From an uncultured Acidimicrobiales bacterium (lineage in GTDB: Bacteria > Actinomycetota > Acidimicrobiia > Acidimicrobiales > SHLQ01): a stretch of DNA of 64,000 nt. Shown here one piece after another: positions 16,755-25,971 of this stretch. A model generated the notes under the pieces. It worked only from the letters and a program-made list of their open reading frames with translations. It ran no database searches and was not told the origin of the DNA. Numbering within the stretch: the first letter of the stretch is position 1; the number at the start of each line of letters is the position of its first letter. The stretch spans positions 3,330 to 67,329 of the forward strand of contig CAYMJU010000033.1 of NCBI GenBank assembly GCA_964390555.1, read 5' to 3'. A program made the translations under genes and the position numbers.

Positions 16755-19394
16755 TTACGGCGTGGTCTCGAAGTAGCCGACGATGTCGCCGACGAGTTGC
16801 ACGTTGCCGGCGTTGTTGAACAGGCTGATCCGGCCGTTGGTTCCGATCTTGGCGATGACCAGGTTGGGCACGTCGACGCCGGGTTCGGTGTTCAGGCTCG
16901 ACGCAACCGGCCGTCCGGCACCGGTCGGCCATACGGTCACGAACGACGGCGCGGTCGACTCGGTCGCGGTGACGTTGATCACTACGGCGGCCGCGTTGGT
17001 TGGCACCACTCCCCCGGTCACGGTCAGGTCGCGGGTCTGTTGCTGACCGACCGGCCCGGTCGCTCCGAGGTTGGATCGGGTGTCGAGCACCCGGCCCGGG
17101 GTGAGCGGCTGGAAGCTGGAGTCGAACGAGAAGTATCCGAGGATGTCGGCGACCAGGTGGGTGTTACCGGCGTTGTTGAACAGGTTGATCTGGCCGTCAC
17201 CGCCGACCTTGGCGATCACCAGGTTGGGCACGTCCTGGCCCGGTTCGGTGTTGAGACTCGACGCCACCGGTCGGGTTTCCCCCGACGGCCACACGGTGAT
17301 GAACGACGGCGAGGTCGACTCGGTCGCGGTGACGTTGAGGACGACAGCTTTGACGTTGAGCGCCGGTACCCCTGGGGTCCCCCCAGTCCCGGGAATGTTC
17401 AGCACGCGGACCGAGATCGAGCCGCCGGCGCCGACGAGCCCGGCTGGAGCGCCGGTGCCAGAGCGGGTGTCGAGCGCCCTTGTGGGAACGATCGACGTGA
17501 AGCGGCCGCATTCGGCGAACCAGCCGACCACGTCGACGATCAGGTGGACGTTGCCGGCGTTGTTGAACAAGTTGACGAGGCCGTTGCTTCCGACGCGGGC
17601 GATGGTCGCGTTGGGGACGTCGGTGCCGACCTCGGTGTTGAGGCTCGAGGCGTTCGGGCGGGTGTCGCCGTTCGGCCACACCGTTATGAACGAGGGCGCG
17701 TTGGCGTCGGTGGCGGTGACGTTGAGGACGACGGCCTCCACTCCTGCCGAGGGAACTCCGCCGTCGCCGCTGCCGGGCACGTTGGTGACGTTGACCCCGC
17801 GGATCTGGCCTTGCCCTACCCGGCCAGGCGTGGCCGCGGCGCCCGATCCGTCGACGGCGCGGCTGGTATCGGAGCGGGTGTCGAGCACGCGCACCGGGTT
17901 GATGGCGTTGAACTCCCGGCAGGTGCCGTCGGGGTTCACGCCGACCGATGGGGTCTGGACCTCGACGTACTCGACGGCGCCGATGTCGCAAACGTTGTCG
18001 AAGGGCCGGACCTTGCTGCGCTGGTCACGGTCGACCGTGCACGCCACCGCGGGGATCTTGCCCCGCAGGGGTACGCCCGGGAGCATGGTCTGGGTCGGTC
18101 CGCCGTTGCTGGCGAGGGCTCCGAGGCCCGGGTTGTCACCGGCAAGCGTGGAGGTCACGTTCGTCGGCCCGCTGAACAGGCAGCCGGGGGCCCCGGTTCC
18201 CCACGAGTACGAGTAGGTGGCAGTGACACTGCCGATGACGGCGCAGTTGGCGCCGGTGCCGAGCGGATCGGCGACGACGGTACCGACGAAGGTCCAGTTG
18301 ATGCCGGCGTCACCCTCGAGGTTCGACCCGCCTCCGGTCGAAGTGTTGCGGGCGATGGTCGAGAAGTTGACAGCCATGATGCCGCGGCTCGGGCACACGG
18401 CAGGGTTGGGGAAGCCGACGAGCACCAGGTCGATGCCGCCACCACCCGAGCCGCTCGTGGTGTTGCCGGTGATGGTCGTGTTGCGGATCTCGCCGCCTGA
18501 GCCGGTGACGCCGCCGCCGAAGGACCCAGCGGTGTTGCCCGTGACCGTCGACTCGGCCAGGTTGATGTCGCAGGCCGAGAGCAGGCCACCGCCGGAGAAG
18601 CCCGCGGTGTTGCCCGCGAGCGTCGAACGCACGAACGTCGACCGGCTCGGGTTGAAGACGCCACCGCCGGACTCGCCGGCGCTGTTGCCGGAGAACACCG
18701 AGCCGACGGCGCTGAACTGCTCGACGGCGTACACGCCTCCGCCGTACACGTCGGCCACGTTGTTGGTGATCTGGCTCGATTGGATGGTGAGGATGCCGAC
18801 CGTGAAGACCCCGCCGCCGAAACCGCCGATGGTGGTGTTCACCGGCGTCGGGGTCGGGTTGGCCAGGGTTGGGCACGGGGTATAGGTGAGCGACGCCTTG
18901 CTGGCCCGGTTGCCGGTGACGATCACGTTGGTGAGCGACAGCGGACCGGCGGTGGCGATACCGCCGCCCTGACCAGGTACGAAGTTGTTGCACGGGTCCG
19001 AGGTGAGCACGGTGCGCGACGTGCCGCCGCTGATCGTCATGTTGCTGATCGACACCAGGCCGCTCGCCCCGCGGAAGTCCATGACCCGACCGTTGGGGCT
19101 GGCGACGGGAATGGCCGACGCGTTGACGATGACGTTGTTGCCGCTGATCGTGAGGTTGTCGCCGCCGCTGTACACGAGCGATCCCGAGGTGAGGTTGATC
19201 TGCCCGGTGGTCAAGACGTCGATCCGGTCGGCGCCGCCCGCGGCGACGGCCTCGTTCAGTGCTTGCCGGAGCGAACCGGCGCCCGAGTCGTTCAGGTTGG
19301 TCACCGTGAACGTGGCCGCTGAGGCCGCCGGGGCGGTGATCAGACCGACAGCCATCAGTCCGACCGTGAGGAGGGCTCCCACGAGACGTCGCAT
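16755..19394 (-). CDS. Large secreted protein: signal peptide, parallel beta-helix/choice-of-anchor-Q-like region, three ~120-aa C-terminal repeats
   Basis: MRRLVGALLTVGLMAVGLITAPAASA|ATFTVTNLNDSGAGSLRQAL; many N.A...GGG repeats; LGALASNGGPTQTMLP...DQR...CDIGAVE; three P.R.LDTR...DxxGxF modules. Confidence 0.85.
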   Translation of the reverse strand: MRRLVGALLTVGLMAVGLITAPAASAATFTVTNLNDSGAGSLRQALNEAVAAGGADRIDVLTTGQINLTSGSLVYSGGDNLTISGNNVIVNASAIPVASPNGRVMDFRGASGLVSISNMTISGGTSRTVLTSDPCNNFVPGQGGGIATAGPLSLTNVIVTGNRASKASLTYTPCPTLANPTPTPVNTTIGGFGGGVFTVGILTIQSSQITNNVADVYGGGVYAVEQFSAVGSVFSGNSAGESGGGVFNPSRSTFVRSTLAGNTAGFSGGGLLSACDINLAESTVTGNTAGSFGGGVTGSGGEIRNTTITGNTTSGSGGGGIDLVLVGFPNPAVCPSRGIMAVNFSTIARNTSTGGGSNLEGDAGINWTFVGTVVADPLGTGANCAVIGSVTATYSYSWGTGAPGCLFSGPTNVTSTLAGDNPGLGALASNGGPTQTMLPGVPLRGKIPAVACTVDRDQRSKVRPFDNVCDIGAVEYVEVQTPSVGVNPDGTCREFNAINPVRVLDTRSDTSRAVDGSGAAATPGRVGQGQIRGVNVTNVPGSGDGGVPSAGVEAVVLNVTATDANAPSFITVWPNGDTRPNASSLNTEVGTDVPNATIARVGSNGLVNLFNNAGNVHLIVDVVGWFAECGRFTSIVPTRALDTRSGTGAPAGLVGAGGSISVRVLNIPGTGGTPGVPALNVKAVVLNVTATESTSPSFITVWPSGETRPVASSLNTEPGQDVPNLVIAKVGGDGQINLFNNAGNTHLVADILGYFSFDSSFQPLTPGRVLDTRSNLGATGPVGQQQTRDLTVTGGVVPTNAAAVVINVTATESTAPSFVTVWPTGAGRPVASSLNTEPGVDVPNLVIAKIGTNGRISLFNNAGNVQLVGDIVGYFETTP

Positions 19395-19508
19395 GCGTTG
19401 TTCCTTTCGAAGGTCCCGCTCGCCCGCGCGCCGGGGTTTACCGGTTTGAAAGTCAACCACGTTCGATGGCGTCGCGCTTGGGTCGGACGGCCTACTTGTC
19501 GAGAAGAC

Positions 19509-20312
19509 TCAGATGGGTGCGGTGTAGCCGTAGCCGCCGTCGGCACCGCTTCCCGGAAGGCCGGGCTCGCGGTTGCCGGCCCGCCAGCCGCCATCGGCGG
19601 AGATCTCGGCGCCGGTCACGTAGCTGGCGTCGTCAGAGGCGAGGAACAGCGAGACATGGGCGATCTCGGACGGCTCGCCGATCCGGGGGATGGCCTGGCG
19701 TTGGTACGGGATGGTCTCGAGCTCCTTCATCCCGTGGGGATTGCCCATCACGGTGTTCACGCCGCCGGGGTGCACTGAGTTGACCCGGATGCCGTGTGGC
19801 CCGAGCTCGATGGCGGCGGTCTTGGTCATGCCGCGGATGGCGAACTTCGTCGCGGTGTACGCGATGAGACCGTTCTTGGATTGGAGACCGTCGATCGACG
19901 AGATGTTGACGATCGAGCCCCGACCGGCCCCCTTCATGGTCGGGATCACCGAGCGCATGCCGAGAAACGTGCCGACCTGGTTCACGTTGACGTGGGCCAT
20001 GTAGTTGTCGAGGGTCGTGTCCTCGATGGCCGAGGGGCGGATGATGGCGGCGTTGTTGATCAGCACGTCGATGGCGCCCCACTCGTCGAGGGTCCGCGCC
20101 ACCACTTCTGCCCACGCGCTCTCGCTCGAGACGTCGAGCGACACAAATCGAGCGGCGCGTCCGAGCGACGAGGCGACGCCGCGGCCCGCGTCGTCAAGGA
20201 CATCAGCGACGATGACTCGGGCCCCTTCGCTCACGAACAGCCGCGCCGTAGCTTCGCCTTGGCCTCTCGCTCCCCCGGTGATGATGGCGACCTTGTCGTC
20301 GAGTCGGCCCAC
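19509..20312 (-). CDS. SDR oxidoreductase (3alpha,20beta-hydroxysteroid dehydrogenase/FabG3-like)
   Basis: TGGARGQG, NNA, SS, YTATK, NSVHPG motifs. Confidence 0.9.
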   Translation of the reverse strand: MGRLDDKVAIITGGARGQGEATARLFVSEGARVIVADVLDDAGRGVASSLGRAARFVSLDVSSESAWAEVVARTLDEWGAIDVLINNAAIIRPSAIEDTTLDNYMAHVNVNQVGTFLGMRSVIPTMKGAGRGSIVNISSIDGLQSKNGLIAYTATKFAIRGMTKTAAIELGPHGIRVNSVHPGGVNTVMGNPHGMKELETIPYQRQAIPRIGEPSEIAHVSLFLASDDASYVTGAEISADGGWRAGNREPGLPGSGADGGYGYTAPI

Positions 20313-20387
20313 GGCTGTTCTCCATCTGCGCTCTGCTCGGGTCGGCGGAGCCTATAGGGTGCCGCTCCACGACGAGCAGGAGGAGCT

Positions 20388-21143
20388 ATGGGTCGCTTCG
20401 ACGGGAAAGCCGCCGCCATCACTGGCGCGGGGTCCGGTATCGGTCAGGCGGTGTCGGTTCGCCTCGCGACCGAAGGTGCCATGGTCCTCGGTCATGATGT
20501 CGATGCGTCCCGGCTCGATGACACGGCGGCAACCATCGCTGCGGCTGGGGGGACGTTCGTGTCCCGAGTGGGCGACCTTCGCTCCCCCGCCGAGTGCTTC
20601 GCCCTCGTCGCGGACGCCCGAGACCGATTCGGCCGGCTGGACATCGTCGGCAACATCGCGGGCATCGCCCGCGCCGAACACTTCCACGAGGTCGCGGCCG
20701 ACGCGTGGCAACAGATGCTCGACATCAACCTCACGGCGCCGTTCCATGTGGCCCAGGCCTCGGTGCCGCACTTGATCGAGTCGTCGGGGGTGTTGATCAA
20801 CATCGCGTCGAACGCCGGGTTGATGGGGCAGGCCTACACCGTCGCGTACTGCGCGACCAAGGGGGCGATCGTGAACTTCACCCGAGCCCTCGCCATGGAG
20901 TACGTCCATACGGGAATGCGGGTTAACGCCATCGCACCAGGAGGCGTCGAGACCAACCTGACGAAGTCCTTTGCCTTCCCCGAGGGCGAGATCGACTGGA
21001 ATCTCGTCGGCCGGTTCACCGGGTTCCGAGGAATGGCCCAAGCAGAGGAGATCGCGGGCTTGTTCGCGTACGTGGCATCCGAGGAGGCGCGGCCGATCCA
21101 CGGCGCCATCTTGAGTGCCGACCTGGGAATCACCGCCGGCTGA
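20388..21143 (+). CDS. SDR oxidoreductase
   Basis: TGAGSGIG, NIAG, YCATK, NAIAPG; GAGGAG RBS. Confidence 0.9.
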   Translation: MGRFDGKAAAITGAGSGIGQAVSVRLATEGAMVLGHDVDASRLDDTAATIAAAGGTFVSRVGDLRSPAECFALVADARDRFGRLDIVGNIAGIARAEHFHEVAADAWQQMLDINLTAPFHVAQASVPHLIESSGVLINIASNAGLMGQAYTVAYCATKGAIVNFTRALAMEYVHTGMRVNAIAPGGVETNLTKSFAFPEGEIDWNLVGRFTGFRGMAQAEEIAGLFAYVASEEARPIHGAILSADLGITAG

Positions 21144-21146
21144 CCT

Positions 21147-21803
21147 GTGGTCGCTGAAGGGCCTTTCGTTCTGGGCGTCGACCTCGACGGGGTCTGTGCC
21201 GACTACACCCTCGGCTTCCGCGACGTGGTGGCCATCGAGCGCGGCATCGACCCCGAGTCGTTACCGCTCGACCGTTCGTGGGGGTTCGCGGAGTGGGGTC
21301 TCGATGAGGATTCGTTCGAGGCGATCCATCGGACCGCGGTCGTCGAACACCGCATGTTCCGAACGCTGCCGGTGATCGAGGGAGCATCAGAGACGCTGTG
21401 GCGTCTGTCTGATGCCGGGGTGTGGATACGCATCATCACCCATCGCCTCTACGTGAACTGGGGCCACGCCGCGGCGGTCGCGGACACTGTCGAGTGGCTG
21501 GACCGCAACCGGATCCCGTATCGCGACCTGTGCTTCCTGGGCGCCAAGCCCGAGGTCGAAGCCGACGTGTACATAGACGACGGTCCCCACAACGTCCTCG
21601 CACTCCGGGCCAGCGGGAACGACGTGATCGTGTTCGACCAGTTCTACAACCGCGACCTCGACAGCCCGCGTGCGGCGTCGTGGCCCGAGGTCGAGGGGCT
21701 GGTCCTCGAGTTGGCGGCCGCATCGGGGCGGTCCATGCAACCCGCGCTTCCCGGTTTCGATCCTGATCCCGGCCGCCTCGACCGCAACCGCCCGACGGCC
21801 TGA
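21147..21803 (+). CDS. HAD-superfamily 5'(3')-deoxyribonucleotidase (NT5C-like)
   Basis: GVDLDGV (DxD motif I), IITHR (motif II), YIDDGPHN (motif IV). Confidence 0.82.
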   Translation: MVAEGPFVLGVDLDGVCADYTLGFRDVVAIERGIDPESLPLDRSWGFAEWGLDEDSFEAIHRTAVVEHRMFRTLPVIEGASETLWRLSDAGVWIRIITHRLYVNWGHAAAVADTVEWLDRNRIPYRDLCFLGAKPEVEADVYIDDGPHNVLALRASGNDVIVFDQFYNRDLDSPRAASWPEVEGLVLELAAASGRSMQPALPGFDPDPGRLDRNRPTA

Positions 21804-21814
21804 ACCCCGACCAC

Positions 21815-22495
21815 TCAGGCGCGCATGCGGTCGATCTCGGTCCGGATCATGATGCCGACGGCGGTGGCCACGACCGCGCCGTCGCCTCGGCGCAACTCGG
21901 CCGCCACGTGGAGCTTTCGGCCCTCGATCTCGGTCGGTCGGGCCGAGAACTCGAGCGGCTCGTTGATCGGCGTCGGCGCGACGAACCGGACCGAATAGGT
22001 CCCGGTCGGCCCGCCTTGCCGCGTGAGCGCGGCGGCGCGAGCCAACAACACGTCGAAGCAGCCGGCGATCACTCCCCCCTGTGCGAGGCCAGGGATCCCC
22101 TCGTGCCGTTCGTCGAAGGTGACCTGACCGCGGATCTCGGTGCCGTCGCTCGAAAGCGTTATCGGCACGGCGTATGGGTTGCGACGGCCCACGAATGGGT
22201 GCGTCGCTGAGCCGTTCGGTCGAAAGCCCGCTCCGCCGTCGGCGTCTCGATCGTGCTCGGGCCGGTACCGCGTCGATCGAGTCACCGGGTGGCGGGCGAT
22301 TTGGGCTTCGAGGTCGTCGGCCAGCGCCGCCAAATCCACGGTCGGGATGGAATCGGTGACGACGAGCCGGGCGAGCGCGCCCAGCGCGTTGGTCACTCGG
22401 ACGCTCTCGAGGTCGAGGGTCGCGCCGTGAAGGAACTCGTCGAGTTCGACTCGCGCCCCGTCGGGGTCGGACACGAGGCCAGGACCGTCGGACAT
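21815..22495 (-). CDS. PaaI/hotdog-fold thioesterase
   Basis: HEGIPGLAQGGVIAGCFD, TGTYSVRFVAPTP, EGRKL motifs. Confidence 0.8.
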   Translation of the reverse strand: MSDGPGLVSDPDGARVELDEFLHGATLDLESVRVTNALGALARLVVTDSIPTVDLAALADDLEAQIARHPVTRSTRYRPEHDRDADGGAGFRPNGSATHPFVGRRNPYAVPITLSSDGTEIRGQVTFDERHEGIPGLAQGGVIAGCFDVLLARAAALTRQGGPTGTYSVRFVAPTPINEPLEFSARPTEIEGRKLHVAAELRRGDGAVVATAVGIMIRTEIDRMRA

Positions 22496-22499
22496 GTCC

Positions 22500-23336
22500 T
22501 CAGCTTCGCGCGGCGAGGATCGCCCGGGCCGGTTCGAGGTCATCAGGGTTGGTGACGCCGATCCAGTCGTCCTCGGTGGTGACGACATCGACGGTGAGCT
22601 CGCCGTCGGCCGTCATGTCGCCGACCACGCCGGGCAACAGGCACTCGGACTTCGGGTCGTCGGCGAAGCGGGTGAGGAAATCGTCGAAGCGCCGTTCGAG
22701 GGAGGCGAACAGCGCCGGCGAGAATCCCCACATGTTCATCGACACCGGCGTGGTTCCCGACAGCGCGCCGGGAGGGTCGAGCGAGGTGATTTGGCCGTCG
22801 GGTCTGCGTTCGATGCCGTGGGTCTCGACGATCGACACCAGCCGTCCGTTGGCGTCCACCTGACATACCCCCCGAGACACGCTGCCGGTGCTCGGCAGTG
22901 TGCGGTCGAGCTCGAAACCGACGAGGAACGCCCGGTTCTCGGACAACTCGCCCAGGCGGTCCGCGACGTGTTGGTAAGACGACTGGCCGTAGTAGTCGTC
23001 GGCATTGACGACCACGAACGGCAACTCGACGCTGTCTCGCACCGACAAGACCGCGTGGGCCGTACCCCACGGTTTTTGTCGCGGCGGTCCGAATGCGTCT
23101 TGGCGGACGAACCGGAACATGACCCCCGATCCGTGATGGCGAGCGAGGTGGGCGCGGACGTCGGCTTCGATCTCGGTCCGCACGATCACGACGACGTCGC
23201 GTGCTCCCGCCGCCACCGAGTCGCGGATGGCGAAATCGAAGAACGCCTCGCCGTTGGGTCCGACCTCGGCCAGCTGCTTGGTGCCGCCAAATCGGCTGCC
23301 GAGACCAGCGGCCATGATCACGAGGGAGAAGGTCAT
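22500..23336 (-). CDS. Sugar-phosphate nucleotidyltransferase family protein
   Basis: MAAGLGSRFGGTKQL, KPWGTAHAVL, VVNADDYYG, SMNMWGF. Confidence 0.88.
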   Translation of the reverse strand: MTFSLVIMAAGLGSRFGGTKQLAEVGPNGEAFFDFAIRDSVAAGARDVVVIVRTEIEADVRAHLARHHGSGVMFRFVRQDAFGPPRQKPWGTAHAVLSVRDSVELPFVVVNADDYYGQSSYQHVADRLGELSENRAFLVGFELDRTLPSTGSVSRGVCQVDANGRLVSIVETHGIERRPDGQITSLDPPGALSGTTPVSMNMWGFSPALFASLERRFDDFLTRFADDPKSECLLPGVVGDMTADGELTVDVVTTEDDWIGVTNPDDLEPARAILAARS

Positions 23337-23381
23337 GGAGACCGAAGTCCTTTCACGATCGTCGCTCGTGTTCGTGCGACG

Positions 23382-24128
23382 TCAGCGCTCCTTGCGAATG
23401 AACGCATCTCTCGCGTCGTCACCTAACCCCCACAAGTTGAGTTCGAACGTGAATCCCTGTTCGTAGCGGTAGCTCCGGTTCACGTCCACCGGGTCGATGC
23501 CGATGATCGAACGCTTTGCTGCTCGGATCACCAGGGGGTGCTTGGTGGCGATCACCTCGGCGATCTCGCGCGCCGACGCCATCAGCTCGTCGGATGGCAC
23601 GACGCGCAGCACCGTGCCGTAGTCGAGCAGCTCCGCTGCGGGCGCCGTCTCGCATGTGTAGAGCATGTGGCGGGCCCGTTGGGGCGGCACCAGGCGCATG
23701 AGATGCGTCGCCGCTCCGAGGGCGCCGTTGTCGACCTCGGGCAACCCGAATCGGGCCGTCTCGGCGGCGACGACGATGTCGGCGTTGCCGGCAATCCCGA
23801 TCCCCGTGCCGAGACAGAAGTCGTTGACGGCGACGATCACCGGTACCGCGCACTCGTAGACGGCGCGGAACAGCTCGAAGCAGGCCTGGTTCACGGCGAG
23901 GATGCCCTCGTTGCCGGGCTTGGCCTGCATCTCCTTGATGTCCACGCCGGCACAGAAGCCGCGCCCGGCCGCAGTGAGGACGACGGCGCGAACTTCGGGC
24001 CGGCGGGCGACAGCGGTGAGCGTGTCGGCCAAGGCGTGGGTGTCACCGATGTTGAGGGCGTTGACGGGCGGGTTGTCGAGCGTCAGCTCGAGCACGCCGG
24101 TGCCGGTCAGGGTCTCGTCGATCGTCAT
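23382..24128 (-). CDS. echA20: Enoyl-CoA hydratase, EchA20-like (steroid C/D-ring HIP pathway type)
   Basis: AGVDIKEMQ, FRAVYECAVPVI, GALGAATHL, VIRAAK, SYRYEQGFTFELNL closely follow the mycobacterial EchA20 sequence as I recall it. Confidence 0.8.
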   Translation of the reverse strand: MTIDETLTGTGVLELTLDNPPVNALNIGDTHALADTLTAVARRPEVRAVVLTAAGRGFCAGVDIKEMQAKPGNEGILAVNQACFELFRAVYECAVPVIVAVNDFCLGTGIGIAGNADIVVAAETARFGLPEVDNGALGAATHLMRLVPPQRARHMLYTCETAPAAELLDYGTVLRVVPSDELMASAREIAEVIATKHPLVIRAAKRSIIGIDPVDVNRSYRYEQGFTFELNLWGLGDDARDAFIRKER

Positions 24129-24135
24129 GTCGTCC

Positions 24136-25413
24136 CTAGCGCCGCACGAGAACAGACGAGCCGTGCCCGAACAGGCCCTGGTTGGCGGTGATCCCGACAC
24201 GGGCGCCGGCGACCTGGCGGGGGCCGGCCTGGCCCCGCAGCTGCCACACCAGCTCGCACACCTGAGCGATGGCCTGGGCCGGCACGGCCTCGCCGAACGC
24301 GCCCAACCCGCCCGATGGGTTCACAGGCCGACGGCCGCCGATCGTGGTGGTGCCGTCGCGGAGGAGTTTCTCGGCGTCGCCGCGGCGGCAGAACCCGAGG
24401 TGCTCGTACCAGTCGAGCTCGAGGGCCGTCGACAGGTCGTACACCTCGGCCACATCGATGTCGTCGGGCCCGAGGCCGGACTCGGCATAGACCCGGTCGG
24501 CGATCGACTCCTTGAACATGCGCGCAGGTTCGCTGCGCTGAGGGAACATGCTCGCAGGTTCGCTGCGCTCCTTGAACATGCGCGCAGGTTCGCTGCGCTG
24601 AGGGAACATGCTCGCGGGTGGAGTCGCACCGGCCCAGGAGTCCGTCGCCAGGTACGGGAGGTCGATCACCACGTCGGGATACGTCGGGGTGACCGTCGAG
24701 ATGCCCGCGACACGCACCGGGTCGGCCACGCCGATAGACCTCGCGTAATCGAGGCTCGACACGACCAGGGCCGCTCCCCCGTCGCTGGTCGCGCAGATGT
24801 CGAGCAGGCGCAGCGGGTCCGACACGATCGGCGACGCGTTGACGTCGTCGATGTCGTATTCCTTGGTGTAGCGGGCCCGCGGGTTGAGCGCGCCCATGCG
24901 GGAGTTCTTCACCTTGACGCGGGCGAAGTCGTCGGTCGTGGCGCCGTAGAGGTCCATGCGTCGCCGGGCGTGCAACCCGAAGTACACCGGGTTGGTGGCG
25001 CCGACCAGGCGGAAGCGCAACCAGTCGGGGTCGTCGGGCCGATCCCCGGCGTTGGGCGCCAGGAATCCCTTGGGCGTGGTGTCGGCGCCGATCACCAAGG
25101 CGACTTTGGCGGCTCCCGAGAGGATCTGGCCCCGGGCGACCGACAACGCCGTCGCGCCCGAGGCGCAAGCGGCGTAGCTGCTCGCGACCTGCGCTCCGGT
25201 GAATCCGAGGGCGCGAGCGAACGTAGAACCCGCCACGTATCCGGCGTAGCCGCACCGCACGGTGATGGCGCCGGACACGAAGTCGACATCGCGCCAATCG
25301 ACACCGGCATCGGCCAGGGCCTCGCGGGCTGCGACCACCCCGTACTCGGTGAAGTTGCGTCCCCACTTGCCCCAGGGGTGCATGCCGACGCCGATGATGG
25401 CGACCTCGTCCAC
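24136..25413 (-). CDS. Lipid-transfer protein / SCP2-type thiolase-like (possibly aldolase) with in-frame repeat insertion
   Basis: GTG at 25413. IIGVGMHPWGK, YAACASG, ICATSDGGAAL, AEVYDLS, VNPSGGL; the thiolase GHP motif reads GEA. Confidence 0.85.
   Translation of the reverse strand: MDEVAIIGVGMHPWGKWGRNFTEYGVVAAREALADAGVDWRDVDFVSGAITVRCGYAGYVAGSTFARALGFTGAQVASSYAACASGATALSVARGQILSGAAKVALVIGADTTPKGFLAPNAGDRPDDPDWLRFRLVGATNPVYFGLHARRRMDLYGATTDDFARVKVKNSRMGALNPRARYTKEYDIDDVNASPIVSDPLRLLDICATSDGGAALVVSSLDYARSIGVADPVRVAGISTVTPTYPDVVIDLPYLATDSWAGATPPASMFPQRSEPARMFKERSEPASMFPQRSEPARMFKESIADRVYAESGLGPDDIDVAEVYDLSTALELDWYEHLGFCRRGDAEKLLRDGTTTIGGRRPVNPSGGLGAFGEAVPAQAIAQVCELVWQLRGQAGPRQVAGARVGITANQGLFGHGSSVLVRR
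24508..24615 (-). repeat. In-frame 30-bp tandem repeat (A-B-A-B', exact 60-bp periodicity)
   Basis: CTCCTTGAACATGCGCGCAGGTTCGCTGCG and CTGAGGGAACATGCTCGCAGGTTCGCTGCG alternate; they encode ...ASMFPQ RSEPARMFKE RSEPASMFPQ RSEPARMFKE. Confidence 0.92.
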
Positions 25414-25417
25414 TACC

Positions 25418-25882
25418 TCAGCTCCCCTTCCCCGTCGCCGCCCCGGCGCCCGCTGCTGGTCGCCACTTCCACACCACATACTCGTGCTCGTCGTCTTCGT
25501 AGAGGGTCTCGAGCACGAGTTCGACCTCCATGCCGATCGCCAGTTGCTCGACGGTGACGCCGGCGGCGACCTGGCCGAGCACGACCATCCGCTCGCGCTC
25601 GAGCTCGACGGCGGCGATGGCGAAGGGCTCGAAGGGCTCGGTGGTGACCATGTACGGCGGCGGCGGAGCGTAAGCCGAGTTGGTGTAGGACCAGATGCGC
25701 CCGGTACGGCTGAGCCGAACCTCCTCGACGGGCGTGCCGGGAGCCGCCGGATCGGCTCCACCGGAGGACAGGGGGAACACGTAGCCGCCAGTCGCCGTGA
25801 TGCGGCCCCCGATCAGCTCCGGCGCGACAGCGTCCATGGTGAAGAGGCCCGCGACGGCTGGGACCCTGGTCTTGGCGGTCAC
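25418..25882 (-). CDS. DUF35/ChsH2-like OB-fold protein (partner of thiolase-like proteins)
   Basis: LSRTGRIWSYT, PFAIAAVEL, VLGQV, L.IGMEVELV. The Zn-ribbon cysteines are absent (GGRITATGGYVFP). Directly upstream of the thiolase-like gene. Confidence 0.85.
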   Translation of the reverse strand: MTAKTRVPAVAGLFTMDAVAPELIGGRITATGGYVFPLSSGGADPAAPGTPVEEVRLSRTGRIWSYTNSAYAPPPPYMVTTEPFEPFAIAAVELERERMVVLGQVAAGVTVEQLAIGMEVELVLETLYEDDEHEYVVWKWRPAAGAGAATGKGS

Positions 25883-25971
25883 GCCGTCAGCCTACGAGAG
25901 AGATCTCGGGCTGGAAGCGCTGCACCACGCGTCGCATGCCATCGCGCCAGTCGACACGCGGGCCGACTTGG

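Noticed and set aside
16683-18500. 605-aa plus-strand ORF
   Set aside because: Antisense shadow of the secreted protein; long shadow ORFs are expected at this GC content. The same applies to 5823-7178, 12009-13142, 14250-15971, 23902-25557, 27672-29204, 33712-34923, 53156-54583 and 54454-55791.
24508-24615. CRISPR array or separate small gene
   Set aside because: The units are contiguous with no unique spacers and lie in frame inside a CDS.
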